Source: Zootoca vivipara (lineage: Eukaryota). Taken from it: DNA of 64,000 bases. The position numbers were made by a program, and so were the translations under genes. The stretch spans positions 43,152,001 to 43,216,000 of the forward strand of contig NC_083279.1 in the NCBI RefSeq assembly GCF_963506605.1. The letters are read 5' to 3'. Below the pieces are notes generated by a model. That model searched no databases and was not told the DNA's origin. It was given only the letters and a program-made list of their open reading frames with translations. Shown in pieces: positions 12,795-25,785 of the stretch (its first letter is position 1; each line of letters opens with the position of its first letter).

Positions 12795-14754
12795 AAATTG
12801 TACAACCATAATAAACATATGCTGGCTAATTCATTTGATTGTGATATTTAATGCTTCATATAGTAGGGCATTTTTATCTTACTTCTGCAAAAATGTAAAT
12901 CTGGTCCTTGATTTGTAATGGCTAACTATGAGACATTCAGGACATTAATGACTATGGTTCTGAGACTGTGAAAGGTGAAAGGAGTAGGTGCGTATGGGGT
13001 TTCTGCAGACTTTTTCTAGCAGCATAGTCATTTAAATCTATAAAGAAAGAACGTACAAGCTAGATGGGAAATCCTATCCTGGAAAGCTCTCCTGAAAGTG
13101 CTACGTAGATGTGCCAAGTTTTTCAGCACAATGATTAGCTCCAGTTCCAAAATCTGAGTTATCTGAGTTTATATTTCAAGATTTTCAGATGGAATTCATA
13201 AATTAATTTGTGTTAACGATTAAGATTATTTTGAATTTTTGCTAAATTTTAACTACGGACTGAATTTTACACACTGACCACACATTAAAGACTGGTTCAC
13301 ACATCTCTCTTTACCCCATTGTTGATGTTTCAATATTTTTTCTTAAGATTTTGATAACAATACAATGCCAGCTACAAACATCATGTCAAAGTGCAAAATT
13401 GGGAAAGGGAAATAATAAGGTGGGAGACACACAAAAAACTACAACAGTTGGCAAGGGTAAGGTCAGCTAAGCCATGAGCTTGTGCCATTATTTCGTATAA
13501 TCTTATACCGTTTCTGTTTGGTCCTTTAGGTGCATAAAGTAGATGACAATATAAACCAGGAAAGTAGGGAGAAATTACTAAGTGATGGGGAAATCACGCA
13601 AGTGCATAGTTCCAATCAGGTCTGCTGCCATTTGTTAGGCAACATAATCTGTTTTAGTAACTAGTGCCAGGATGTAGAAATTGGATTGGATCTCTTATCA
13701 TGCATTAGATGGCAGTTTTCCTATTGTTATAATGCTGTAACAGTCCATTCCCCATGAACGTTAGATTCAGAGTTTCTTGTAGTGAATCCTAGCTAGGATT
13801 GATACTTGTGTCCCTACTGACTTTGGAAACATTGGGCTAGCAGATGTTTAAGGATGCCCTACTCCACTTCCAATTTTCAGCTCATATACATGACTCACAC
13901 ATCCCACCACAACACAGGGAACACCACTCCGTGTACACTCCTCTGAAGTCCTTCATCTCCTGAATGTAAATCAGAAACTTCAAAGTGATTTTAGGAGCAT
14001 AAACAATTTATTATTATTCAAGAATCCTTGGTAACACTGAAACTGGGTAGGGGTGCTGGTTCTGCCAATAAAATCAAATTTAGGCTGTGCAATGAGTGCA
14101 GGAGTTAGAGGCAGAAATTATTGTCTGAATTGTGAAGTAAGGTACTGGATTTAGCCAAGACCACATTTGAATTGAGCCAGGCAGCAAAATGTCTTGAGCT
14201 GGCATTGTAGGGATGCAATGGGAAAATAATGCATGTTAAAAAGGGTGGTGACGCAAAAATTGGCACCATTCCACTACCCAATAGCTAAACTATTGTCTAA
14301 GAGAACAAGCTTGACTTTAAGTTGTTGAAATAAGTACAACAACCTTAGGGCAAGTATTCAACAAAATCCCAAGGTGGACCCCACATAACTCTTTCTAAGG
14401 AAGCAAGAAGTTTCAGATAGCCAAATAAGCATATGCTCATTCCAGAAGTTGCTTAAATCATGTCATCTTAAATTGGATGAATGTGCTATGCAAGGCAGAT
14501 TCCCAAGTATTTTAAGCTTTGCAAATCACAGTCTGCGTCAAGATGCTAAAATATTGGAATAATATTTTCAGTATAAAAGTTATATAGGGGTGCATTGTGC
14601 AAGTTTAATTACATCTTTCTGATCAACTAAACTCTCTTCTGAATTTATTATAAAACTCAGTAAATGTGAAAGGTCCTAAATAGCAGGCTTTGCACAGTGC
14701 TGAGATATATCTCAGGAATATTAAGTACATATCAATATAGCCCAAAATTCATGG

Positions 14755-14846
14755 TTGGGCAATACCTTTATTAGAATCAACCAAAAATGTCAAGCTTGCC
14801 CTGATTTAGGGACATTTTGGTTAGTCCTAATAAGGGTATCGCCCAA
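14755..14846. repeat. Short palindromic element (36-37 bp arms), resembling inverted Penelope-like termini
   Basis: TTGGGCAATACCTTTATTAGAATCAACCAAAAATGTC ... GACATTTTGGTTAGTCCTAATAAGGGTATCGCCCAA with a 19-nt spacer; family assignment is inference. Confidence 0.6.
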
Positions 14847-15292
14847 GTATGGATTGTGCAAATTTTTCTTGTGCACCAACACAGCTACTTTTGCTTTTTA
14901 CATCCAGATAGAAATATTTCCAGAATGTTGATAAATCTATTGGTACATCTGAAACTACAAGTGAAAATATCAGTTAATATTTATTGTTTAAAAATTGTAT
15001 AAAGCATACTATATTCTCTCATCATAGATTAGGAGAGATAATATCATTCAGATTATGTACAATCTTTTTATTGCCCTCATTTAACACTAATAGCACTTGG
15101 TTTTTTAACCACTGCTGTGTTGTACATTACTAACTGCATGCTTACATCAACATATCTTGTGAGACACAGTTCTTTCTATATCTCGTTTTCCCTGTACCAA
15201 AAACTACATAGCGCCAGCTCAAAAATGGCATATAAGTGAGGAAAGAAGAAGCACAAATTACTTGGGTTACTCCCCACTTTTAGACTGTATTA

Positions 15293-15547
15293 CAGTAGTA
15301 CCTCTGGTTGCGAATGGGATCCGTTCCGGAGCCCCATTCGCAACATGAGCAGTACGCAACCCGTGCCTGCACTTCTGCGCACGTGCTGGTCGTGATTTGG
15401 AACTTCTGGTCATGACGTCATTTGATGCTTCTGCGCATGTGCGAACCGCTGAACCCGGAAGTAACCCATTCTGTTACTTCCGGGTTTGGCATGTTCGTAA
15501 CCTGTGTTGTACGCAACCCGCATCATTCGTATCCAGAGGCATGATTG
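15293..15547. mobile_element. Tc1/mariner (Tigger-like) MITE
   Basis: TIR CAGTAGTACCTCTGGTTGCGAA / TTCGTATCCAGAGGCATGATTG, TA on both sides, CpG-rich interior. Confidence 0.8.
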
Positions 15548-15902
15548 TATATGAAGTATGACTGAACAGTCTTACCTGTGAGATCTATGAGCACTAGGTA
15601 AGCATCAAAGCTCACAGGTCTCATGAGAGGGGGTATCCACATGCCCAGCTACCTGCAGAGGTGCTTCTCTTTTCCATATATGTGTAACAAAGGAACTGGC
15701 TCTGAGAAAATGCAGAACGCTATAGCATAGTATCTTAATGTATATGTGATTGTATCCAATGCTGTATGAGCAGCATTCCACTCACACAACAGAACTTTCC
15801 TCTCCTCTCCTCTCCTCTTTTCAGGCATCCTCCAATGTTCTGGAGCAGATTTTCAAGGTGTGCAGGAGGCTGGAGGGAATAGGGGCAGGTGTTTCCATTG
15901 TA

Positions 15903-16395
15903 CAGTGGTACCACTGGAAGGACAGATCATGAAGCTGAGGCTCCAATATTTTGGCCACATCATGAGAAGACTCCCTGGAAAAGACCGTTGGGATGTTGGG
16001 AAAGATTTGAGGGCACCAGGAGAAGGGGACGTCACAGAGGACAAGATGGTTGGACAGTGTTCTCGAAGCTACCAACGTGAGTTTGACCAAACTGCGGGAG
16101 GCAGTGGAAGACAGGAGTGCATGGCGTGCTCTGGTCCATGGGGTCACAAAGAGTCAGACATGACTAAATGACTAAACAACAACAACACCTCAGGTTAAGA
16201 ACATAATTCGTTCTGGAGGTCCATTCTTAACCTGAAACTGTTCTTAACCTGAGGTACCACTTAGCTAATGGGGCCTCCCACTGCTGCCGCCGCACGATTT
16301 CTGTTCTCATCCTGAAGCAAAGTTATTAACCCGAGGTACTATTTCTAGGTTAATGGAGTCTGAACCTGAAGCGTCTATAACCTGAGGTACCACTG
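15903..16395. mobile_element. Tigger-like MITE interrupted in its left TIR by a BovB fragment
   Basis: TA-CAGTGGTACC [BovB] TCAGGTTAAG ... AACCTGAGGTACCACTG-TA. Confidence 0.85.
15913..16186 (+). mobile_element. BovB (RTE) LINE 3' fragment
   Basis: LEGQIMKLRLQYFGHIMRR... and (CAA)n tail; ACC duplicated on both sides; homologous to 34880-35150 in opposite orientation. Confidence 0.9.
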
Positions 16396-19149
16396 TACAA
16401 GTGGAATTCTGTTGTACAAGCAGAATGGCAGCAATTGATACAATCCTGTTCACTTCTGGGATGCCCCGAGCTGCAGAATTTTTATACTTGTTTCACAGAT
16501 GCTGATATCCAGTTTGCCTTTTTAAACTGATTTATTCTCTCAAAGTAGTATTGAGAGGCCTATGGAAAGATTAAGGAAGATCAAACTTCATTCTGAAAAT
16601 GCAAAGATGGTTGTGGAGAAGTAATAGTTTACTTTCATCTCAGTATAGTGAGAAGCAAAATAAGAGTTGGTCTCAAAAGTGCAAGAGAGCTGGACAACAT
16701 ATGAGGAAGTGTTTCACAAATTTTGGAATATTTCCTTAAGGCTCCAAAATATGTCAACTATACACCCAGAACTATAATACCTGAAATTCTTAAACATTAA
16801 GTGTTAATTCCAGGTAGTATGGAACAGCATGAAAAACTAAATAAATATTGGATTTCTTAACACCAAAAGAGAAATTCTTCTCCAGGGAATTTACACTATT
16901 TATTTAGGCTTGATATAAATGCCTTTTTCATGCACTGCTTGCTATGCCAGAGTGAACTATGAGATTGTCCCACTTGAATGAAGACAAATTCTAAGTCTCC
17001 AGAACAGCTAAGGTTTGCTCCATATTGAATGTATATAAATTTTGCATTAATTTTATGAAAAACATAAAGGTGATTTGAGGTATATATAGGTCTTTCTGGA
17101 TTGGCCTTCAAAAATGAATCCCCCCCACTCAAATGAGGGCTTTGTAACTATATGAACATAAATTTAGAAGTTGCCCAGTATATGATACATTAGTTGATTT
17201 CCAATTACAAAGAAAAACATATTTTATTTAGAAAACCAGTTTTATCCTTGCATTCATTTCATTTCCTCAGTACTCACACTGTATCAGGCTGTACAAGAGG
17301 AGGACTTTCCAGCCATTACATGTAAATTAGTAAGATGCTGCTTTCAAACAGTAACACACAACATTATACAATTATGAAATAAATACAACACAGTGACCTG
17401 GTTTGCATGACCTTATAAGCCAAACTATGGCTTACCACGACTGCGTGGGAATTCAACCTCCTGTAGAGGAGATTGTAACTGTTTTGCTCCTTCGTTCTTT
17501 TTCTTGCTAGACCACATCATGTTGCCCAAATAAGGACTTGTGTTTAAGCTGGCTCCACACTAACCACAGGCTGTAGCCAATATTTGCAAAGCAGTTTTGT
17601 CTGATAACCTGTAATGCAGTTTTTAGCATCAGAACATTGAAATGTATCTGCATCATCTTGGAAAGGGGCATGTCAAGGATTCATAAAGACTATTAGTGTT
17701 CCACAGTAAGAACTCTGCCCTTCCCCCATAGTCAACTCTCTCTCTCTCTCATATATTCCTTTTTTTATCTGCCTTTTTGCAGCAACATGTTATTTTGCTT
17801 ATCTCCATTTACTTTTAATGAAACATAAGCATTTGTTTAAACATCAATTTTGCAGAGGAGATTTTTCAGAGTTTATTCCCTCCCCCCATCTAAATCTTGG
17901 TGTGTGGTTTTTTTTTAAGTAAAGAATATTTGGAGATGGAGAAAACATGTATTTAATGGTATTTAAATATTGGTCTGTTCCACCCGATATATATAGGGTA
18001 GGAAGATGTAAACGTCAAGCTTTCCATGAAATATTCTATGATAAAAGTGAATTTTCATTTTATTTTCTTGTGCTTCCTAGCACAATATTTGCAATTAAGA
18101 GTAAAACAAAAACAAAAACCATGATATTACCTCACTCCCTGACATGTCCCAACTGCTACCTAAGTTGATATATAAATTACAAGTTTACTCCAGACAGCCT
18201 GCTTGTGACCTTCAGTAGCTGATTGAAATGCAGAATTCCTCTCCACAGGGTGTATTCCATGTCCATTTGGACTGCAGTTCTAGCCCACCACCCAGCAGAT
18301 CCTGATAGTCATGCCATATTTTAATATCCTGTATGAGGTAGGTTTGATAGGTAAGTGTATATAGCTTTCCATGAAGCATATATCTGAACCATATTTAGGT
18401 CGTATGCAATAAAATTATTTTCACTCAGACTTAAACTATTTCTCTTAGAAACAAGTAACAATTATTGCTAGCATTCGCAAATGCATATGCAGCTGTTAAA
18501 GGTATTCTATCATTGTATTATTATTTTTTACTTTAAGAAACAAATGAAAATACGCATTTCTAATGCTTAGCTTTATTATTTTAATTTAGTATTAGTAGAA
18601 GCAGCAGCATAGCAAATATTCAGAGTAGTCATTCTTAACATATAACACTGAAATTGCTTTAAATGGTTTCAGCTAATTATAAATTACTGTGTGATGGATC
18701 TTATGTGGAATGCCCTTCAAATCCTATTACTCTTTCTGATAAAAGGAAGCCATTTCCAGTAAGAATGCTTGAAGAATTTGATCTCAGAGAGTTACACTGT
18801 GAATTGATATGATCTGTACCTCCAGAACTAATGTTCAGATTGAAATTCACTTATCCCCCATATTTCACACATCATATTTGCTCATCCACCATATTTCCCA
18901 AACATTCCAGTGCAATTCTTGGTTTAAAAATTGCATCGAAAGTACAATGAGAAATGTGCAGTTTGAGGGGAAAACATTCTTTTAAATGAATATCTGAATG
19001 TGATAGTTTGTATGGATTGTTTATTTTTAACAGATTAATATGGATGGGATGTGATAGAGTTTTAAGTGAGAAAAGAGGTGAAAATGCCGTGGACTTGAAA
19101 TAGGCTGAATTGCCCATCTACAGTGCCCATTATGTGTACAAAAGAACCT

Positions 19150-19410
19150 TTATTTATTTATTAAATCTATATCCTGGCTTTCCTCCAAAAGAAGCCTAGG
19201 GTGACAAGCAACAAGCGATAAAACAATGAAAACATCTTAAAAGCAATTCCAATACAGATGCAGACAGGGCAAGATCTCAACGTAAAAGGCTTGTTGAAAG
19301 AATAATATCTCCTGAAGGCACAAAAAAGGCAACTGAGATGGCTCCTGTCTGATATTTAAGGGGAAGGCGTTCCAAAGGGCTGGTGCCACAACACTAAAGG
19401 CCTGATTCCT
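19150..19410 (-). mobile_element. L2-like LINE 3' fragment (older)
   Basis: QAFSVVAPALWNAFP, the same motif as the L2 at 4009-4344; AT-rich tail. Confidence 0.7.
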
Positions 19411-19420
19411 ATAATGTGCA

Positions 19421-19546
19421 GAATCATAGAATTGTAGATCTGAAAGAATGAGAATCATCTAGTCCAGGACTGTGCAGCTGTCCCATATGGGGATTGAACC
19501 TGCAACCTTGGTGTTATCAGCACCACACTCTAGCCAGCTGAGCTGG
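19421..19546 (-). mobile_element. tRNA-derived SINE with CR1-type tail (Squam3-like)
   Basis: Minus strand AGCTCAGCTGGCTAGAGTGTGGTGCTGATAACACCAAGGTTGCAGGTTCAATCCCC (A/B-box tRNA-like head) ending in ATTCTATGATTC tail. Confidence 0.75.
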
Positions 19547-19571
19547 AGAATGGACCTCCTAATAAGATGGT

Positions 19572-20006
19572 CATAGCTGTCAACCCTCCCGTTTTTCGTG
19601 GGAAACCCCCTTATTTCAATCCGTTTCCCGCTACTATCCCGGATTGTAGATATCCAGTAAATTTCCCGGATTTCAAAGCAGCTCCTCTCCCTCCCTGCTG
19701 GCCAGGGAGGCTCCACTCTGTGCCCCCCCCCGTGAGCGCCCAGCCACCACCCGGTAAAACGCCTTGCTCGGCAGCTGGCTGCTCGCTCACTTGCTGAGTG
19801 CTGCCAGAAATCGCCTGCTCATGTCCAGTGCCCAGACAAGCGGACACAGACAGCCCGGCACTGGAAGTAGATTTTGCACATGTCTGGACATGCGCAGAAG
19901 CAATTTCCGGTGCCCCAGACATGGGCAGAGCCGGCACTGGAAGTCGCTTCTGCGCTGGGTGAGGCTGCTGATCCCTTATTTTCCAATCCGTAAGTTGACA
20001 GCTGTG
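19572..20006. mobile_element. hAT-type MITE (CATAGCTGTCAA TIR family)
   Basis: TIR CATAGCTGTCAAC / GTTGACAGCTGTG; 8-bp TSD AAGATGGT / AATATGGT. Confidence 0.85.
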
Positions 20007-20294
20007 AATATGGTATCTGTCAGAAGCTCTCACCTCAGAGCACTGTGATTGAATGGATATAAATAAGGGGTGGGGCGATCTTTGAGATATCTTCACAGGG
20101 GCGTAGCCAGGATCAAAACTAGGGGGGGGGGAAGCCATGGTCGTTCAGGGGCGGGGCCAAGGCACAGAAGGGGAGGGGCCACAAAGTGGGCGGGGCTAAA
20201 GGGCCAACGGGCCTGATGACATCGTGGCGGTGGCAGCAGCGGCCACCTTGTGCTTCTGGGGCTGGTAGCGTTGGCGGCTACCCTGCTTGGCTGG

Positions 20295-21306
20295 AGAGGA
20301 CGGGAGGGTCGGGCAGGCGAGAGGGGGTGGCAGGGCGGGCGAGGGCGAGGCAAGACACGGCCGCAGCCACGACGGCTCCGAGGCGTTGCTGCATATCAGC
20401 ATAATATTTCAACCATGGTTCAAGCCCCACCTTAGGAAAAAAATCCTGCATTGCAGGGGGTTGGACTAGATGACCCTTGTGGTCCCTTCCGACTACAATT
20501 CTATGATTCTATTGATATATTACCATACATATGCATCATTCTGCTTTCTTGAATTGTCCTACTCCTAGGCATAGCATCCAACTCCTAGAGGCCTAGGTGC
20601 CCCCCCCCAATTACTGGTAAATACCGTATTTGAAAGAGTCATCCCCCCATGTTGATGGGCTTTCTATGTGGGGCTTATCTGCCCCCCCCGTATTTTATTA
20701 AGGATGGAAGAGGGAGGGAAGGAAGGAAGACATAGAGAGATAACTCATATTTGTGGGTGTCTCTGGATGACGCTGTGATGCTGGAACTCTGCAGCAAGAG
20801 GACAGGAGGGTCGGGCAGGCGAGAGGGGGTGGAAGGGCGGGAGAGGGCGGGGCAAGGCATGGCCGCAGCTACGACAGCTCCGAGGCGTTGCTGCATATCA
20901 GCATAATATTTCAACCATGGTTCAAGCCCCACCTTAGGAAAAAAATCCTGCATTGCAGCGGGTTGGACTAGATGACCCTTGTGGTCCCTTCCGACTACAA
21001 TTCTACGATTCTATTGATATATTACAATACCATATGCATCGTTCTGCTTTCTTGAATTGTCCTACTCCTAGGCATAGCAGCCAACTCCTAGAGGCCTAGG
21101 TGCCTCCCCCCCCCCAATTACTGGTAAATACCGTATTTGAAAGAGTCATCCCCCCATGTTGATGGGCTTTCTATGTGGGGCTTATCTGCCCCCCCCCCGT
21201 ATTTTATTAAGGATGGAAGAGGGAGGGAAGGAAGGAAGAAATAGAGAGAGGGATAACTCATATTTGTGGGTGCCTCTGGGTGACGCTGTGATGCTGGAAC
21301 TCTGCA
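20295..21306. repeat. Tandem duplication, two units of about 500 bp
   Basis: AGAGGAC(G/A)GGAGGGTCGGGCAGG starts at 20295 and 20797; both units end GGAACTCTGCA; scattered substitutions between copies. Confidence 0.95.
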
Positions 21307-21351
21307 TGTATAGGAGCCTTGTAAGCAGCTTTCTCTCTGCTTGATTTACAG

Positions 21352-21688
21352 CAGGCACGTCCAACAGGTAGATTGTGATCTACCAGTAGATCACTGGATG
21401 TCTGTGGTAGATCACTGGTAGGTCACTGGCACCCCTAAAAAAAGCTCACCCAAAATTTTCCTCCTCCCTCAAAAAAATTGAACTATGACCTGAAGCCCTA
21501 AACAAAAATGGGCCTCCCTCCCTCCTAAAAGAAGCTCAACAAGTTTGACCTAAACCCAAAAAAAACAGGGCTTCCCTTCCTTTAAAAAAACTCAACAGCT
21601 TTGACCTGAACCCCCCCAAAAGGGGGTAGATCACCCCCAGTTTTAAACTCTGAGTAGATCAGAGTCTCTTGGGAGGTGGCCACCCCTG
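21352..21688. mobile_element. hAT-type MITE nested in the composite element
   Basis: TIR CAGGCACGTCCAAC / GGTGGCCACCCCTG; perfect 8-bp TSD ATTTACAG; internal ~58-bp sub-repeats. Confidence 0.85.
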
Positions 21689-22555
21689 ATTTACAGTATA
21701 CAGATGCAGGAGGAGGGGCAGACTGGAACATCAATGCTTTTTATAAACATCACTGTGTCTGTCAAAGCTACAGCCCCGCCCCTTTCTTATTCACTTCCTT
21801 TTAGCCTTGCAGAGCCACCTTAGTCAAATTGAATCCTCTGAGTCTGCACCCTCATTAAATCGCCAATAGAACTCTTAATGCTCCTGAATGCTCATTAACA
21901 AGTCCCACTTAAGAACAATAGGGTGAAATGGTCAGCTATCAAATCTTGCCTGGGGATATATGCTCCATTGTCTTAACTGCTTAACTACTGGTAGCCACTT
22001 TGCTTTATTTATTTGATGTGTTTTTGTTACTGCTGTCCCCCCCCCCCAGCAAGCGGAGACTTAGCTGCTCTTGCTAAAGCAAAGCCTTTTCCACTTCAGT
22101 TTTTGGAGGGGAAAAGTGCTGGTTATGGTCTGTAAAATACATTATTATTTTTGCTTCTAGGGGGGGGGCAGCTGCCCCCTCCTGCCCCCCCTGCCTACGC
22201 CCATGTATCTTCATCCCAAGATGTATATGACTTTATACACCAGAACCAGAACCTTGCATATAGCCTGGTAGCTAATTGGCACCCAACAGAAACAAAAGTG
22301 CTTTCACTGTATTACATTAAAAGCCCTTTATGAAATGCAATGAAACCACACTTTCACCAACAGAAGAGTGGGGGCAAGATATTGTGTAACTCAGTTACTA
22401 TCAGTGAAAAAGACGATGAAGAAACCAAACAACCTTCTATAAATATGGTTTAGTGCTCACCACTACAGCTGTAATACTGCACTCAAGGAGATAATATAAC
22501 AAGGTAGGAAGGCTATAGGGGCTCATTGCTGCTAAAAAATTACAGGAACCTTATT

Positions 22556-22970
22556 TCATAGAATCATAGAGTTGGAAGAGACCACAAGGGCCATCCAGTC
22601 CAACCCCCTGCCAAGCAGGAAACACCATCAAAGCATTCTTGACATATGGCTGTCAAGCCTCTGCTTAAAGACCTCCAAAGAAGGAGACTCCACCACACTC
22701 CTTGGTAGCAAATTCCACTGCCGAACAGCTCTTACTGTCAGGAGGTTCTTCCTAATGTTTAGGTGGAATCTTCTTTCATGAAGTTTGAATCCATTGCTCC
22801 GTGTCCGCTTCTCTGGAGCAGCAGAAAACAACCTTTCTCCCTCCTCTATATGACATCCTTTTATATATTTGAACATGGCTATCATATCACCCCTTAACCT
22901 TCCCTTCTCCAGGCTAAACATACCCAGCTCCCTAAGCCGTTCCTCACAAGGCATCGTTTCCAGGCTTTTG
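22556..22970 (-). mobile_element. CR1 LINE 3' fragment
   Basis: PCEERLRELGMFSLEKGRLRGDMIAMFKYIKG...WNLLPRSVVESPSLEVFKQRLD (CR1 ORF2 C-terminus) plus ATTCTATG-type tail. Confidence 0.95.
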
Positions 22971-25699
22971 TCTTGTTATTCAATTTATGCATGGCGTGTG
23001 AGTCTCTTGTTAACTTTGAAAGAGTCACTAACTTTAATAGACACCTAAACAATAAGTGACAATCCTTTTTTTAAGCTCCCTGGGAAGCCCTTTCTGTTAA
23101 TTGTTCATCCTTTCTATTCACCAGTGCATCTTTGTTAAGCCAACTGCACTGTATTCAGTTGCTAAAAGCAATTCTGAAAGCTGTATTATGTTGGGAGGAA
23201 ATGTGAAAATTGCATGGCACTTTGCCCAAATAACATACTCAATTATAAAAAATTAAAACATTGGAGCAGGAAAATAACTGCTGTGATCTTGTGCTGAATT
23301 AATAGACAATATTGCATTGGGGGGGGGTGTTACATAGCCTTAACAGCTTAGATATTCAGTCAGATGTAGAAAAGCTACACATTTAAATTCAGTGTGTTAT
23401 CATAACCCTCACTGCCATATAACACCACTTTGCAAGTATGAACACACTGTAGACCTACCACCAAACAATTAAAACCCTCACTTTGGCAGAGTGATGCAAA
23501 GTATTCAGATCTAAATGGAATGGCTGGGAGGGAACAAAATTCATCCAATTCTTTCTTGTAGCTTAATAACACATCAAATTTGAAAGAGGAGAGATAAATT
23601 GTATTGCACTGTTTCCAACAGATGTGACTTGATTACTTGATTACTGCTCATTTTCCTTATATTTTCTGCACACCTGTGTCTATAGAAACCGAGTGTGAAG
23701 ATCTGGTTGCTTGCTATATACCTATGTAAATACTGTGCACATATTTCTTTTTTTTTCTATTAAAAAGGCTTAATATGTGTCCTTGACATACTTTCACCAG
23801 CAATAATAGTGAACTTGTGCTGAAAGTGGATAGGTTGGTTAAATTATCCTTTCTGGTTTCTAACAGATAAGCAAAAGTACTATGGTGATACGTTTGCAGA
23901 ACAATTCCCAGGAGGTGCTCTTATAAAAGTACTGTATTAGCTTTTATTTTTAAAGGAATGATAAAACCAGGGCAGACTTAAAACTAATTCACCTATGAAC
24001 AACTTGCAGTTGAACATGACAAAGTCTGTAGACTTACCTTAATGTGCAGTATTTTTCAACATTCACATTTTTATAATACCTTAGAACATGTTTAGATGAC
24101 TAAATATAAGTAATGGACTCTTGCCTTGTACCACCCTCCAGCCCTAGGAGCCTTCATAAGAGAGCGGTTTCCACAGGGAAGAACTGTGGGAAGAGAGGCT
24201 CTGTTTGTCATTATGGGGTGATTGGTTCCACCTGTTCTGCCCACCTCCAGCCTCAGGAATCTTGAGGAGCACTATGTGTATGTGTATTTAAATGAGCTGA
24301 ATGGAGAGAGATCATGAGTTGTGGCAGTTTGGTGTGTTGTGTGGGTTAGAAACTAACAGTGCTTTGTTTACTTTATATAAATTATAAATGCTGTATTGAT
24401 TTGTTAATCATATATGACTTTTGCTTTAATTGTGATGTTTAGCTTATTTTTATAGATTGTAATTGTTTTACGGATGATTTGTTAATTGCTCTATATGTTA
24501 TGCTGTTTTTGTGACATTCTATTATGTTATTCTATCATATTGTATCGTATTATCTATTCTATCATATTATTGTTATTTACTGTTTGTGAGCCAGTTTGGG
24601 ATTCATTTGAATGTTGGTATGCTCTTTTAAAAGCACATCCTAATACAAAATACAGTTTATGAGGTTGTTTGTTTTTGGACTCTCCTTGATTGAGCAGCAA
24701 AATGATGGATTATGTGAAATAGAATGTGCTGAGGTTGAGCCCTTGATCTTTTAAAGTGTGTGAGGACAAGCCAAACACCATGGCTGCAAACAAGAGCTTT
24801 ATTTATGCTGCAAAGTAATGCAGTGTATTTCTAAATACCAGAGGCTATGGACAAACAGGCAATGCTATCACCATATTGCCCTTAAAAACACAACTTCCCT
24901 AGAACAGCAGACTGGCAAGTTTTCAGAAATGGATTACTGAGCTAGATGGAACTTTGATCTCACCACCAAGCATAGCTAGGGCAGTCTGTATTAATTTGCA
25001 TAGGGAAAGGATTGGATCCAAAGGTATCTTCCTAATGCAAGAATCTTTAGGCACAATACAAAATCTTTCTCCTCTACACACTGGTTTATCTGGACTGCAG
25101 CAAAATTGTTTCCCCAATTGTAGAATTACTTGATTTCTGCATTTTGTTCTAAGAACAATTCTCCTAAGCAGAATACCAAATAATGGAATGTGAATTTCTT
25201 TTCGGTTTTTCTGCACATTCCTTTCTATACATGGTTGACTACATTATACATACATCTCTAAACAGTAAGAAACTACTTCACTGAAGATTTGTTTGCTTCT
25301 GTTTCACCAAGAAATGGAAAACCTGAGGAATATACTCTACAAACCTAAGGGCAGAAAATTGAGGGTGTAGCCTCTTTCCAAAATCCTGTACAGCAAACAT
25401 TGAACTGATGTAACTGGGATAACCAAGCAGATTAATAGCAACTGTATTTTTTTTTAAGAAGCCCCCAAATTTTACTGCAGCTATAATTTTATTGTGCACT
25501 AAATACACTGTAAAAAAGCACCCTCTGCTAAGCAAGTGGGGGCAATTTCCACAATAATGAAAGGCATCTATATTCAATATATGATTGCATTTATGAGATC
25601 ACTTGTGTAAACTTTATAAAAATATTTTCTGTAACCAAAGTTAGCTTCTGATTTCACAAAAGCATGAGAAACTTCCATAGTGCCATATATACATTAATA

Positions 25700-25785
25700 C
25701 GTCCTCACAACATCCCTGTGAGGTAGGCAATGTCTGTTCACTAGTTTTACAAATGAAACATTGAGCCAGAGATTAAGTGAATTGG
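25700..25785 (-). mobile_element. Old MIR/CORE-SINE remnant
   Basis: CCTCACAACATCCCTGTGAGGTAGG...TTTTACAAATGAAAC resembles the MIR core. Confidence 0.55.

Larger units (their letters stand above)
20096..22205. mobile_element. Composite non-autonomous hAT element, 2.1 kb
   Basis: TIR CAGGGGCGTAGCCAGG / CCTGCCTACGCCCATG; perfect 8-bp TSD TATCTTCA at 20088-20095 and 22206-22213; no transposase ORF. Confidence 0.85.

Noticed and set aside
19470-19546. tRNA gene with a GAT anticodon-like loop
   Set aside because: Acceptor stem is not intact and it runs into a CR1-type tail, so it is a SINE head
19611-20469. Cluster of overlapping ORFs up to 175 aa
   Set aside because: GC-rich MITE sequence depleted of stop codons; no protein motifs
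21440-21625. CRISPR-like repeat-spacer pattern (AAAAGCTCAAC units)
   Set aside because: Degenerate tandem sub-repeats inside a eukaryotic MITE; no unique spacers or cas genes
24030-24085. Cryptic exon at AAG|GTAAGT in intron 41
   Set aside because: Nearest acceptor gives an in-frame stop and there is no supporting context
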